A stretch of 64,000 nucleotides of DNA from Candidatus Latescibacterota bacterium (GTDB lineage: Bacteria; Latescibacterota; UBA2968; UBA8231): positions 512,001-576,000 of the forward strand of contig OY730476.1 in NCBI GenBank assembly GCA_963422735.1. Direction: 5' to 3'. Shown here piece after piece: positions 19,720 to 30,297 of the stretch. Each line of letters starts with the position of its first letter. Position 1 is the first letter of the stretch. The notes under the pieces are model-generated. The model made no database searches. It had not been told where the DNA came from and saw only the letters and a list, made by a program, of their open reading frames with translations. The translations under genes and the position numbers were made by a program.

Positions 19720-20580
19720 TTATCTATTATGATAGAACATAGGACGAGGGACAAGAGCTACGGGAGGACAAGCTCCAGATGCCTCGTACAGAGTCATCAC
19801 GTCAAACGCTGGAACACCTTCGGGCGCGAAGTACCACTTTGCAATGAGACGCTCGTCCTCCACGCCCTTAAGGTCAAAGATCGTCTCTTGGTTGGGGTAT
19901 TGGCACACAAAGTAATCGCGCACCTGTTTCAGATTCACTGAGAAGGCCGGGCCTTGCTTGGACACGGTGATTTTGGCATGCGCGAAAAGCAGCGGTTTTT
20001 GACCAAAGGTCTCTAGCCCGTGTGCTGGCGCGAGGATGTCGAGATAGTTTTTCATGCGCTATTGCATTGCGATGCGGCAGCAGTTGGCAAAAAGGCGCTT
20101 TGGCATAGGTGTAGAGGTATGGTTGGCTCTCGAAGAGAAGGGGGAGTTGGAGTTTTTGCCTCAACAACTCCACCTTGCGCTCAAATTGCCGGGGGACCGT
20201 TTTGCATTCTTTTCTATCGCGTTCATCTCCGCACAAAATCTTCTCGATCTCCCTTTCGACAATCTCACCGCCATATAACGTTCAATGCGGTTCATCGTTT
20301 CTTATAAGATGTCTAGCCTCTCGTGAAGGGCGTGGACTTTGTTCGCGATGTACGCAGAAATCGCCAGATTCAAAAACGAGAGCGAGCCAATGAGATTAAG
20401 CCCGCTCAAGCCAACAGATAGCCCCGATGCCCCGATAAAAGAATGGGCTAGCTCGGGGCTGTCTGGCGGCAAATAGCGAATATTCCTCGGGTTAAAAATT
20501 GGCCCATCCTGCCCGAGCACTTGATAAGCGAGCCTGCCGGACGGTCCCGGCCCCAATTAGTCAAAAGGTACTGTATTCAT
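19720..20580 (-). pseudogene. Degraded low-GC gene of unknown function
   Basis: ATG at 20580, then collinear ORF pieces (20302..20556, 19720..20055) separated by stops. Confidence 0.45.
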
Positions 20581-20662
20581 TAGCTTTTCTCTTGATTAAA
20601 TTAATGCGGATCGACAATCAAAAAGCTACGCAAACGGAGCCAAAAAACAACGCCAAGAGCTA

Positions 20663-23600
20663 GTGCCTCTTATGAAGCTGGACATTCAGGACAAATTTCT
20701 ACAGCGCGATGGCCGGGTCTTTCTCACGGGCATGGAGGCGATTGTGCGCCTTGTGCGCGAAAAACAGGAGCGCGACCAAGCCACCGGCCACGTCAACCAG
20801 ACCTATTTCACCGGCTACGAGGGGTCGCCGCTGGGTGGGCTGGACCTGAAGCTAGTCGCCCAACTCGAAATGCTCAACGAGCTAGGGCGCACAGTGCATC
20901 AGTTCGGCATCAACGAGAAAACCGCGGCCTCCGCCGTGTTGGGCAGCCAATTTGCGGCGAGTGGGGACGTGGATGCCTTTTGGTATGGCAAGGCGCACGG
21001 CACGATGTGGATTCCCGACGAGGTGTGGTTGGCCAACCTCAGCGGCACTGGGGCACGCGGCGCGATGGTCCTGCTGTCGGGAGAAGATCACCGCTCCAAA
21101 AGCTCGGTCTCGCCCGGGGCCAGCGATTGGGTGTTGCGCAGCAGCATGGTGCCGATTTTCTATCCGGCCAGCATCGAGGACGTCATCCGATTGGGGCTGC
21201 ACGCGGTTGCTCTGTCGCGCCACGCCGGCGTGGTAACCGCGCTCAAGCTAACAACGCCGGTGTGCGATGGCGCGGGCACGGTTGACTTGGCCAGTGTGCG
21301 GCCAGACATCGCATTGCCCGAGCGCGCCTTTGCCAAGCGATTCAACCAGATCGTCATGGCTACGGGCGCGTTGCCCATGCAGCAGCAACTCGTGGAAGAA
21401 AAGTGGCCGCTGGTGGAAGCATATATCCGTGCCAACGACCTCAACCGCATCGTGGATGCGGACGCGGGTGGTGGAGTCGGCATCGTGGCCGTGGGCAAGA
21501 GCTACGCGGACGTGCGGCAGGCCCTCTCCTACTTGGGGCTGCGAGTCCCGGTGTTGCACCTTGCGGTAAGCTATCCGCTCGACTGCGAAATCGTGCGTGC
21601 ATTTGCCCAAGGTCTGCGGCACCTCTACGTGATCGAAGAACCAGGTCCTTTTGTCGAAGATGGCGTCAAAGCCGCGCTGTGGGGAGCGGATGTGGAGGCC
21701 GTGCACGGCCAGTTTGCCGAGGACGGGCAGCCGCTGATTCCGGCACACGGAGAAGTCGATCCCGAGGAATTGGCACTCAAGCTCGGGCCGCGCCTGGGGG
21801 CGGCCCCCGAGCGCCTCGCCGCGCTACAGCACGTACTCGAGCGCACCTATCCGGCCATGCCTCGCGTCACGCCTATGTCCTGCGGCGGCTGTCCGTACAA
21901 CAGCTTCCGAGATTTGCGCGAAAAGCCTGGGGGGGCGATTGGCTGCTCCTCCATTCGGGCGATTGAAGCCTATGACTCCGGCGTTCTCTACATCCCCACG
22001 ATGGGGGCCGGCGGCGCTATTTACAGCGGTTGGGCACCCTTCAACGGCAACCAGCACATCTATCAATACTTAGGCGATGGGAGCTATTTCCACAGTGGCC
22101 GCGGCGCGATCCAAAGCTGCATCCAAGGCGAGGTGAACATCACCTTCTTGTTGCTTTTCAACGGGGCCGTCGCGCTCACCGGCGGGCAGACGCCCGGGGG
22201 GCAGCGGCCGGTGTCGGATGTGGTACAGGAGCTTTTGGGGCTGGGGGTCGTGAAGGTGGGAATAGTCAGCGAGGATCCGGTGCGCTACCGCCACTTGGGA
22301 GGGGAGCGGATCGAGGTGTTCGGCTTGGAGCACCACGCCGAAGCCCTCGCGCAGTTTAAGGAGATTGCCGGGACGACCGTGCTCATCCTCGACAAGGAAT
22401 GTGCCACCGAGAAAGGCCGCCGTCGCCGCCGCCAGGGTTTGACGCCCGACGAATACGTGCTCATCGACGAGGCCATTTGCGAAGGCTGCGGCGACTGTTA
22501 TGCCCAGTCCGAAGGTTGCGCCGCGCTCTACAGCGTGGCGACCGAGTTTGGCGACAAGACGCAGGTGCGGCAGGCCCAGTGCGCCCAAGACGGGCTGTGC
22601 ATCGACGGCGAGTGCCCATCTTTTGCCGTGGTCAAGCCGGCCAAAGGTACGCGCTTGCGCCGCCGCCGCCCAGAGCCTTTGGACGAGATCCCAGAGCCTC
22701 CAGCGTGCCCGCTGGACCGGCCGTACGCGATCTTCGCTATGGGACGGGGCGGGACGGGTGTGGTGACGATTTCTCATCTCATTGCGTACGCGGCCATGAT
22801 GGAGGGCAAATACGTGTATTTGTCTAACAACACCGGCTTGGCGCAAAAGGGTGGGCCGGTAGAAGCACCGATTGTGATAAGCACCGCCGAGCAGCCCGTG
22901 TTCAATCGGCTCTTCCCCGGGGAGGTCGATCTGTACTTGGGGTTTGACCTTTTACGGGCGGCCGAGCCGGACAACCTCAAATACGCCGCGCCCCAGCGCA
23001 CCCGCGCCCTCGTCAGCACCGCTGAAATCGCCAATGCGGCCATGAATCGCAACCCGCGCACACAGCCCTTTCCCGATGCGGCCCGGCTGCGCGCTCTGAT
23101 CGATCGCTGCACGAGCAAGGACAACATCTACCTCGATACCTACTGGCTGGCCGAGCGGCTCTTCGCAGATACAATTTTCGCTAACATGCTCTTGTTGGGG
23201 GCTGCGTATCAGGCCGGGGTGCTGCCCTTACAAGTAGCCTCCATTGAGCAGGCCATCGCCCTCAACGCGCAGGCCGTGGAAAACAATGTGCAGGCTTTCC
23301 GATGGGGGCGTTTGGCCGTGGCCGACCCGGCGCGGGTGGAGCGGGCGTTGGGGACTCAGCAAGTGTCCGCCGTCCAAACGTTGGCCGAGGTGCGGGAGCG
23401 GCTGGCGGACGACGTGGCGGCGCGGGTGCTTTTCGACGAGGGTTTGGCTGCATTGGCGGGTTTGAATGTAGAGGGGCAGAAGGAGTTGGGGGTGCGGCTG
23501 GCCGAGCTGTGCGCGTATCAGGACATTGCGTATGCCCGGCGCTACTTGGGATTTATGCGCCAAGTGTGGGAAGCTGATCGGGGCTTGTCGCACGGCTTGC

Positions 23601-24097
23601 AGCTTACGCGGGCCGTGGTGCGGGGCCTGTTCAAGCTGATGGCGTACAAAGACGAATACGAGGTCGCGCGGTTGGCGACGCGCAACGGCAGCGAGGAGCG
23701 GATGCGCACCTTGTTCGACGGGGAGGTGAAAATCGTCCGGCAGTTGCATCCGCCCACGCTGCGGCGTTTGCTCAAGGGCAAGATCGGCTTCGGCAAGGGC
23801 CTGCGTCCGGTGCTGGTGCTTTTGAGCCGGCTGAAGGGGTTGCGCGGTACGCGCTTGGACCCGTTTGGGTACACGGCAGCGCGCCGCTTAGAACGCGAAC
23901 TGATGGATTGGTACTGCGGGTTGATCGAAGAGGTCTTGCCAGCACTGGGAGACAAAAGCTATGGGCTAGCCGTAGAAATCGCCGAATTGCCGGACGGCAT
24001 TCGCGGGTACGAGCAGGTAAAAGAGGCGTCGGCTGCCCAGGCCAAACAGCGGGCTGAGCGCTTGTTAGCGGAGTTTCGCGCCCAGTGCTCGGCTTAG
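20663..24097 (+). CDS. Indolepyruvate:ferredoxin oxidoreductase family protein (fused alpha/beta)
   Basis: GYEGSPLGG, INEKTAA, CGGCP, TPP motif LGDGSYFHSG..N, CEGCGDC, TGLAQKGG and LMAYKDEYEVARL. Confidence 0.92.
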   Translation: MPLMKLDIQDKFLQRDGRVFLTGMEAIVRLVREKQERDQATGHVNQTYFTGYEGSPLGGLDLKLVAQLEMLNELGRTVHQFGINEKTAASAVLGSQFAASGDVDAFWYGKAHGTMWIPDEVWLANLSGTGARGAMVLLSGEDHRSKSSVSPGASDWVLRSSMVPIFYPASIEDVIRLGLHAVALSRHAGVVTALKLTTPVCDGAGTVDLASVRPDIALPERAFAKRFNQIVMATGALPMQQQLVEEKWPLVEAYIRANDLNRIVDADAGGGVGIVAVGKSYADVRQALSYLGLRVPVLHLAVSYPLDCEIVRAFAQGLRHLYVIEEPGPFVEDGVKAALWGADVEAVHGQFAEDGQPLIPAHGEVDPEELALKLGPRLGAAPERLAALQHVLERTYPAMPRVTPMSCGGCPYNSFRDLREKPGGAIGCSSIRAIEAYDSGVLYIPTMGAGGAIYSGWAPFNGNQHIYQYLGDGSYFHSGRGAIQSCIQGEVNITFLLLFNGAVALTGGQTPGGQRPVSDVVQELLGLGVVKVGIVSEDPVRYRHLGGERIEVFGLEHHAEALAQFKEIAGTTVLILDKECATEKGRRRRRQGLTPDEYVLIDEAICEGCGDCYAQSEGCAALYSVATEFGDKTQVRQAQCAQDGLCIDGECPSFAVVKPAKGTRLRRRRPEPLDEIPEPPACPLDRPYAIFAMGRGGTGVVTISHLIAYAAMMEGKYVYLSNNTGLAQKGGPVEAPIVISTAEQPVFNRLFPGEVDLYLGFDLLRAAEPDNLKYAAPQRTRALVSTAEIANAAMNRNPRTQPFPDAARLRALIDRCTSKDNIYLDTYWLAERLFADTIFANMLLLGAAYQAGVLPLQVASIEQAIALNAQAVENNVQAFRWGRLAVADPARVERALGTQQVSAVQTLAEVRERLADDVAARVLFDEGLAALAGLNVEGQKELGVRLAELCAYQDIAYARRYLGFMRQVWEADRGLSHGLQLTRAVVRGLFKLMAYKDEYEVARLATRNGSEERMRTLFDGEVKIVRQLHPPTLRRLLKGKIGFGKGLRPVLVLLSRLKGLRGTRLDPFGYTAARRLERELMDWYCGLIEEVLPALGDKSYGLAVEIAELPDGIRGYEQVKEASAAQAKQRAERLLAEFRAQCSA

Positions 24098-24930
24098 AAA
24101 TTGACCAAAACCGGCTGGCGCGTCCTCAGTGCCCGCCGCAGGCCGCTGAGCAGGGCTTGGCCACTGACGCCTGAGTATTCACTCGGCGGATTCTTTTTTT
24201 CCCAAAAATCGCGCAACCACGCCAGTTCGGCCGGAGGGGCTATCGCCTCGGGTGCGACGTGGGCTCCCTTGGCGCTGGCTAGGGCGATCCCGCTATGCGC
24301 GGCACTGGCCGAGATTACGCCGCCCCGGCCCAGCAAGGTCAGTTCGGCGAGTGCCGGCTGGGGAGCGACGACTAGTTGGAGTGCTGCGCCGCTCGGAGCG
24401 GTGGCGGTTAGCACGACTTGGTAGGCGCGGACGTGGCGGTTGGCGCAAAGATGTCCTTCGACAAGGGTCTCGCCCAACAGATCGCTGGCAAAGGCTAGCT
24501 GGCGACAAGCAGCCCACCACGCCGGCAGCAATCCCGGCTCTCGGACGCCGGACACGAGCCGCAAATAGACCGGCTCGGCAAACGAGGGGTCGCGTCGCTG
24601 CTGGAGTGCCTTGGCAAATAGGGGCGATCCGCGATGGACGCCGCCGCTGGCGATGGGCGGGTCGGCCTTGGGCACCGGCCCGGCGCAAAGGACGGCGACG
24701 CCGGTTTGGAGGCAGATGCGGACGTCGTCGTGAAGGGCTGCATAAGGTGAGAGGAAGGCGCAGACGCGGGGGCTGGTTGCTTGGAGCATGGCCTGCAAGT
24801 CGCTAAAAAAAGGCAGAGTAGTGCCGGAGTGCCGACGCACCGGATAGTACAGGCCCTTAATCGGCAGGGCAGCGGCGAGTTGGCCAACGAGCGGGCCGAG
24901 GGCGGGATGGGCGCTGAGGACGATAGTCAT
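24094..24930 (-). CDS. Divergent Gfo/Idh/MocA-like protein
   Basis: FFSDLQAML..CAFLSP..H..VRICLQTGVAVLC pattern without the EKP motif; ATGA-coupled to the upstream oxidoreductase. Confidence 0.5.
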   Translation of the reverse strand: MTIVLSAHPALGPLVGQLAAALPIKGLYYPVRRHSGTTLPFFSDLQAMLQATSPRVCAFLSPYAALHDDVRICLQTGVAVLCAGPVPKADPPIASGGVHRGSPLFAKALQQRRDPSFAEPVYLRLVSGVREPGLLPAWWAACRQLAFASDLLGETLVEGHLCANRHVRAYQVVLTATAPSGAALQLVVAPQPALAELTLLGRGGVISASAAHSGIALASAKGAHVAPEAIAPPAELAWLRDFWEKKNPPSEYSGVSGQALLSGLRRALRTRQPVLVNF

Positions 24931-26063
24931 AGCTTTTGCTCCAGCGGCAGGGCAATGGCCGCGTTGCACTCGACGGCGCGGTAGCCAGCGAGGATAATTT
25001 CCATCAAATTTCGCGCTTGGCGCACGCCATAGCGGGGCGGTCGGTCGTCGTCGATGGCGGCGATCAAATCGTCGAGCCCGGCTGCCAAGCCAGCTCCATC
25101 CTCGGATAGGGCGGCGGTTGGGACCGGCGGCCCTCCGTGCCACTGCATGGGGTCCTCGGGGTCGGGCCGATAGTCGTAGCCGGTGCTATAGTCGCGCAGA
25201 TAGGCGTCCAGCGCCGGTCTTTTGCCATCGATGGTGGCACTCTGGCGAGTGCCGATTAGGTACGCCCGCGATGGTCCGCCTTGGGGATGGGAGGCTGCGC
25301 CAATGCGACCGCCGCACAAGGTCGCCACGCGGCCATCGGCATCGGTCATAGTCAGAGTGCCAAAATCTTCGCAGCCGTGGGCTGCGTGTTCGGGGAAGAA
25401 GAAGGCCCCGGCGTGGCCGACGACGTGGCGGATGGGGCCGAGGCATTCTTGGATCAGGCCGACCGCATAAGCGCCCACCGTCAGCAACTCTCTTTTGATA
25501 TCGGGGTATTTCCACCGGCCGTTGGGTTCGACAAAGGCGTGGCGTTGGGTTATGGGTCGCGGCCAACCCTTGCCGAACATCACATCGACGTGAACGCCAA
25601 GGAGGGTGCCCAAGTCGCCGCTGGCGAGGACTTGGCGGGTATGCTGGGCGAGGGTGCCGTAGGCGTAGCCGGGGATGATTGCCCGGACACCGGTGCGCTC
25701 GACTGCTACCGCGGATGCCTCGGATTCGGCGAGGGTGGCTCCGGGAAACTTGTCGATCCACAGGTGCTTGCCGGCCTCGGCAGCGCGGACGATGAGCGTG
25801 GACCGTCGTTCGATCTCGCAGCCGACGCTGACCATATCGACGGCCGGGTCGTCGATGGACTCGTCGAGGTCCTCTGAGTAGGGTACGCCGAGTTGGCTAG
25901 CCCATTGCTGATTGTAGCGGCGCAAATCCGGGTCAATGTCCGGGTAGTCGGCTACGCCGATGATGCGCAGGCGGGGATGGGCTTGGTACAGGGGGATGAA
26001 GTGCTGCTGGTGGCTGTGTTTGCTGAAGCTGACCAGCAGAATACCGTAGGTCTCAGCGGACAT
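24927..26063 (-). CDS. Gfo/Idh/MocA-family oxidoreductase
   Basis: AAEAGKHLWIDK, LASGDLG and overall domain layout. Confidence 0.8.
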   Translation of the reverse strand: MSAETYGILLVSFSKHSHQQHFIPLYQAHPRLRIIGVADYPDIDPDLRRYNQQWASQLGVPYSEDLDESIDDPAVDMVSVGCEIERRSTLIVRAAEAGKHLWIDKFPGATLAESEASAVAVERTGVRAIIPGYAYGTLAQHTRQVLASGDLGTLLGVHVDVMFGKGWPRPITQRHAFVEPNGRWKYPDIKRELLTVGAYAVGLIQECLGPIRHVVGHAGAFFFPEHAAHGCEDFGTLTMTDADGRVATLCGGRIGAASHPQGGPSRAYLIGTRQSATIDGKRPALDAYLRDYSTGYDYRPDPEDPMQWHGGPPVPTAALSEDGAGLAAGLDDLIAAIDDDRPPRYGVRQARNLMEIILAGYRAVECNAAIALPLEQKL

Positions 26064-26289
26064 GGAATGGTTCCTCGTTGGCGTCTAGGAGACGCACCGG
26101 CAGCTTGTCCGGTACGCGAAATAGTATAACAGCCCTGAGGATGAACGCCAAAAGGGCGACTTAGCGGTTGGTGGGGGTTGGGCGGGTGAGTTCTCTTCTT
26201 ATTTAAAAAAGTGCTATCCTGTGACAGTATTTCCATGCACGGCGGCTACCGGATAGTGCTTGGCGCAGTCTTGGTCGGTTTGGCGGTAT

Positions 26290-26600
26290 TAAAGCGGTGC
26301 TTCAGGTGCATCGCTTGCGCGAGGTGCTAGCGCTCGTCGGCTTCACGCGCTTTGAGGCGGTTATGCCGGATATCCACGGCGAATACGAAACCGATGTGGA
26401 GCTTGCGCAGATCGCCCAAGAGCCTTCGTGGTTTCCCGCCGTTGAGAACCGTGGCGAAGGAGTATTCCTACAACTCTGCGCGGATGCTGTACGCACTTGG
26501 CTCAGTAAGCAAAGCGTAACAAAAAGGCTCAACGATCTGGCCGAGGGCCATGGGAAATGGGTTCAGCAGCGCGATAGCCAGCGCCAATTCCCTGGCGGTC
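26290..26600 (+). pseudogene. Internal fragment of a DISARM DrmB/DUF1998-like gene
   Basis: VHRLREVLALVGFTRFEA..W.PAVENRGEGVFL is characteristic of DrmB; both ends are missing. Confidence 0.7.
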
Positions 26601-26740
26601 GGCGCAGCCTCAACAGACGATCTAGTGGAGGGGAGACGCAAGACGTATTCAGCAAGGGACGCTCCCATTTGTGTAGCTTCCGTTGTCAATTCACGTTCTA
26701 ATTTTTTGGGTAGGTCGAGCCGGTCTCCTTGGCGTTCTCT
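26600..26740 (-). pseudogene. Small RHH-like antitoxin remnant
   Basis: LDLPKKLERELTTEATQMGASLAEYVLRL. Confidence 0.45.
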
Positions 26741-26816
26741 ACTTCTGCTATCGCTGAGTTGGGTAAGGACGATGGTGCCTCTGATATACGGCAAATCGCC
26801 TTGGGCCGCAATTAGC

Positions 26817-26846
26817 TTGACAGCAGTCGGACACCGAGCCTATTCT
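26817..26846 (+). promoter_or_regulatory. Putative sigma70 promoter
   Basis: TTGACA-N18-TATTCT upstream of RBS aaggagg and ATG 26872. Confidence 0.4.
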
Positions 26847-26871
26847 AGCGATTCCACACAAGGAGGAAATA

Positions 26872-27882
26872 ATGGTCAATATCGGCATTGTTGGCATCGG
26901 CTTTATGGGCATGACCCATTACAAGGCTATGGCCCAAGTCAAAGGGGGCCAAGTCGCGGCCATCGTCTCCGGCGACCCCAAAAAGCGCACGGGGGATTGG
27001 CGCGACATTCAGGGCAATTTTGGCGACAGTGGCGGGGTGCAGGACTTGTCGGAAATACGGTGCTACGAAACGTTGGACGAGCTGTGCGCCGATCCAGAGA
27101 TCGACTTGGTGGATATCTGCCTGCCGACGACGATGCATGTCGAGACTAGCATCCGCGCGCTAGCCGCGGGCAAGCACGTGCTATTGGAAAAGCCCATTGC
27201 CGTCGCCTTAGACGCCGCCGATCAGGTTGTAGCAGCGGCCCGAAAGCACCAGCGGCAGTTTATGGTTGCCCACGTCTTGCGGTATTTCCCAGAGTTCCGG
27301 CTGATCAAACAGCTCGTTGCCGATGGGGAGCACGGCCCAGTGCTCGCCGCTCACTTCAAGCGCATTATCTCGCGCCCGGCGTGGTGGGCCCCAGAAGATT
27401 TGCAGCGCACCGGCGGACCAGCAATCGACCTGCACATCCACGACGCGGACTTCGTGCAGTTTTTGTTTGGGATGCCCACAGCGGTCAGCGCACAAGGGTA
27501 CCTTGGCCGGGGCGAGACGGTCGAGTACATCAACACCCACTACCAGTACAACGGCCCCATGGCCATCAGCGCCGAAGGTGGCTGGTTGGCGCAACAGGGC
27601 TGTCCCTTTGAGCACGGTTATGACGTGTACTTTGAGGAAGCCACGCTCAAGTACAACTCCTCTTGGGGCCAGCCACCGCAGCTATTGACCAAGGACGGCG
27701 AGGTCTGTACGCCATCTCTGCCGGGTGAGGATGGCTTCGTCGGCGAGTTGCAGGAAGCCGTGGAGGCGATCGCGCACGGCAGGGCGTCGCCGGAACTGGG
27801 CGGTCAGAGTGCGCGGAACTCGCTGCTATTGTGTTTGAAGGAAATTGAGTCGGTGAAGAAGGGGGAGAAGGTGGTGCTATAA
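26872..27882 (+). CDS. Gfo/Idh/MocA-family oxidoreductase
   Basis: GIVGIGFMG, DICLPT, GKHVLLEKP and DLHIHD motifs. Confidence 0.92.
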   Translation: MVNIGIVGIGFMGMTHYKAMAQVKGGQVAAIVSGDPKKRTGDWRDIQGNFGDSGGVQDLSEIRCYETLDELCADPEIDLVDICLPTTMHVETSIRALAAGKHVLLEKPIAVALDAADQVVAAARKHQRQFMVAHVLRYFPEFRLIKQLVADGEHGPVLAAHFKRIISRPAWWAPEDLQRTGGPAIDLHIHDADFVQFLFGMPTAVSAQGYLGRGETVEYINTHYQYNGPMAISAEGGWLAQQGCPFEHGYDVYFEEATLKYNSSWGQPPQLLTKDGEVCTPSLPGEDGFVGELQEAVEAIAHGRASPELGGQSARNSLLLCLKEIESVKKGEKVVL

Positions 27883-27934
27883 CTCCCGACCGTCGCCGGG
27901 CTAATGCCCTTCCACCCCATGGATGGCGCTGGAT

Positions 27935-28741
27935 TCAACACAGTGCATAGGCGAGACCGATTCCCACGAGGAGGGATGCGATGAGCTTGCCGCGATCGTG
28001 GTTGTGGAAATGGATCTCCGGCAGCAGGTCGCTCAAGGCAATGCACAGGAACGCACCCGCCGCAAAGGACAGCACATAGCCGACTATGGCCCCTTCTTTC
28101 GGGCCAAGCAATTCCACCCCCCCAAAGCTCGCTAGTGCCACCAAAGGGCACAGCATGGCAAATCCGACATTGGCCGCTGTCCGGGCGCGCTGGCTGTGCC
28201 CGGCGGACCTCATCATGCCGATAATGGAGTACGCATCGAGCGGCTTGTGCAGCAGAATGGCGAGGAATACCCCTAGGCCTGCCAATGCGACTTCGTCTTC
28301 ATGCGGCGGCCCCAACTTCATGCTAGTGCCCAGAGCGATCCCTTCGGTCGCGGTATGTACCCCTAGGCCGAGAGCAACGCCGAACAAACTCCGAGAATGG
28401 ACGCCACCGCGGCCGTGGTGATCGTACAGATCGCTCGTCTCGCTGCTGAAGTCATGCTGGTGAAAGTGAAAGATACGCAGCAAGAAAATCATCAGGACCA
28501 TGCCGAAGGCCATCCATCCCACGGTTTTTTTTACCATGTCAGGTCCGGAAATGCGCTCGAGACTGTGGGGTAGAAGGTGAAACATGGCGGTGCCGAGGAT
28601 GAAGCCGGCCACAAGACTCATCACGATCTGAGTACGCACGTGTGTCATGGTACCTAAGGCCGCCAGCTTCCCGCCGAGAAGAGAAGCGACAAAGATAGCG
28701 GCTGAGTACGCCGACAAGACCAGTAGAGCGTTTGAATCCAC
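27935..28741 (-). CDS. ZIP-family divalent metal transporter
   Basis: HLLPH, His loop HFHQHD, HTATEGIALG, HKPLD and SDLLPE motifs. Confidence 0.9.
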   Translation of the reverse strand: MDSNALLVLSAYSAAIFVASLLGGKLAALGTMTHVRTQIVMSLVAGFILGTAMFHLLPHSLERISGPDMVKKTVGWMAFGMVLMIFLLRIFHFHQHDFSSETSDLYDHHGRGGVHSRSLFGVALGLGVHTATEGIALGTSMKLGPPHEDEVALAGLGVFLAILLHKPLDAYSIIGMMRSAGHSQRARTAANVGFAMLCPLVALASFGGVELLGPKEGAIVGYVLSFAAGAFLCIALSDLLPEIHFHNHDRGKLIASLLVGIGLAYALC

Positions 28742-28797
28742 GATGGCTAGAAGCAGTCTTTGAAACCCTCAGTGCCCTGGCGAGAAACGACTGAGGA

Positions 28798-30090
28798 TTA
28801 GGTATCCCCACACCGGTCGCCAGTGCTGGACCGGAAACGGGTATTGAGCAACAGATCCTCGTAGCCGCGGCGCAGGGCACCGGCCCGGAAGCGCCAGACG
28901 ATCAGGGCGATGAGGAGCAAAGCACTTCCCCATTGCAGGAGTCGAATGGCCGGCGAATGGGAGGCGTCGAGGTTCACGGAGATCGTCAGACCAGCGGTCA
29001 GAAGCAGCGCGTCGATGGCAAGGCCGAGGACGACCGTAACCGCGATGACCGCGGCGACGTAGATGGATGCGAAGCGGGTGCCGAACTGGCTGACGATGAT
29101 CGCTATTGTGCCCGTATTGGTGGCCGGTCCGGTCATGAGAAAAATCAGCACCGCGCCGGGGCTGACTCCCTTGGCAACCAGTGCGGCGGCGATCGGGGTA
29201 CTGGCGGATGCGCAGATATAGAGGGGAATGCCGACCAGCACCATGACCGGATAGGACAGCCAGCGGGCATATTCGTGCGACATCAGGTCGCTCGGAATCG
29301 CCAGAAAGAGCATCCCTCCTAGGGTGACCCCCACCAGCAGCGCAAAGAGAATATCGTCCGCTATCTCAACGAAGCCGTAGCGAAAGATGTGCTTGACCAG
29401 TTTCTTGAAGTCCAAACCGTCGCCCGAAGGAGGATCGCCGGCGGAGGGTCTGCCAGCAAAATCCGGTTTTACCCAAGGACCTAATCGCCACCTGCTGGCT
29501 GCTTGGGCAATCTCCTGCAACCAGTTGACCAGTAATACCTTGAGTTGAGAGGGGCTGACGTAGCAATCATCCCTGTCGGCTACGAGGGATTGGTGCGATC
29601 CATGATCGTGGTCACAGTCGTGGCAATGATCGCGATTGCTCTCCTTAGCTTCGTTGCGGCCGTCTCTTATGAGGCCGATGCAAAAGATCCCGGCGACGAC
29701 TGCGGTAATGAAGCTGATGACGGGCCGAACGATGGCCGCGACGGAGCCGAAGAAGGCATTGGTGACCAAAATCGAGTCCGCACCTGTCTCCGGCGCGGTT
29801 ATCAGGAAGGACATGCAGGATGAACGGGACGCCCCCTTCCGGCGCATCTCAGCGACTACCGGCACGACCGAACAACTGCACAGCGGCACGGGTACGCCGA
29901 TGGCCGAACTCGTGGTTACGGATTTCAGGCTGTCGTCGCGGAGCCAGCGGAGTATGGCCTGACGGGAGATGAACACATGGATCAGGCCGGAGAGGAACAG
30001 CCCCAGCAACAGCATGGGTGCTAGCAGCAGGAAGGAGGACCAGAGGAAGTCGAAAAAACGGGTCAATATCCCCAGAAATTCAAAGGTCAT
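28798..30090 (-). CDS. DUF318/ArsP-like metal permease (SO_0444 type)
   Basis: PLCSCSVVP, FLITAPETG, His/Cys loop DHCHDCDHDH, YICASASTP and GPATN motifs. Confidence 0.88.
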   Translation of the reverse strand: MTFEFLGILTRFFDFLWSSFLLLAPMLLLGLFLSGLIHVFISRQAILRWLRDDSLKSVTTSSAIGVPVPLCSCSVVPVVAEMRRKGASRSSCMSFLITAPETGADSILVTNAFFGSVAAIVRPVISFITAVVAGIFCIGLIRDGRNEAKESNRDHCHDCDHDHGSHQSLVADRDDCYVSPSQLKVLLVNWLQEIAQAASRWRLGPWVKPDFAGRPSAGDPPSGDGLDFKKLVKHIFRYGFVEIADDILFALLVGVTLGGMLFLAIPSDLMSHEYARWLSYPVMVLVGIPLYICASASTPIAAALVAKGVSPGAVLIFLMTGPATNTGTIAIIVSQFGTRFASIYVAAVIAVTVVLGLAIDALLLTAGLTISVNLDASHSPAIRLLQWGSALLLIALIVWRFRAGALRRGYEDLLLNTRFRSSTGDRCGDT

Positions 30091-30297
30091 TCAACAGCCT
30101 CTTGGGCATTGCATTGGAATAAGGCAACGAGACTCTATAGCGGGATGTTCCTCAAAGCCTAGCAGACGATGTTGGACTGCTTATGATAAGAAAGTAGGCC
30201 TTGCCTAGAAAGAGTAAGCCCTCAATGGGGTATCACCCAAGCACCTCTAGGGGTTGAAGTTGCGTTTTTTCTTCTAGACCACTAAAATAAAAAGGTC

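Noticed and set aside
27900-27945. ZIP transporter as a pseudogene (alternative frame continues VESSAIHGVEGH*)
   Set aside because: A possible small 3' deletion affects only the tail; the TM and metal motifs are intact, so it is kept as a CDS
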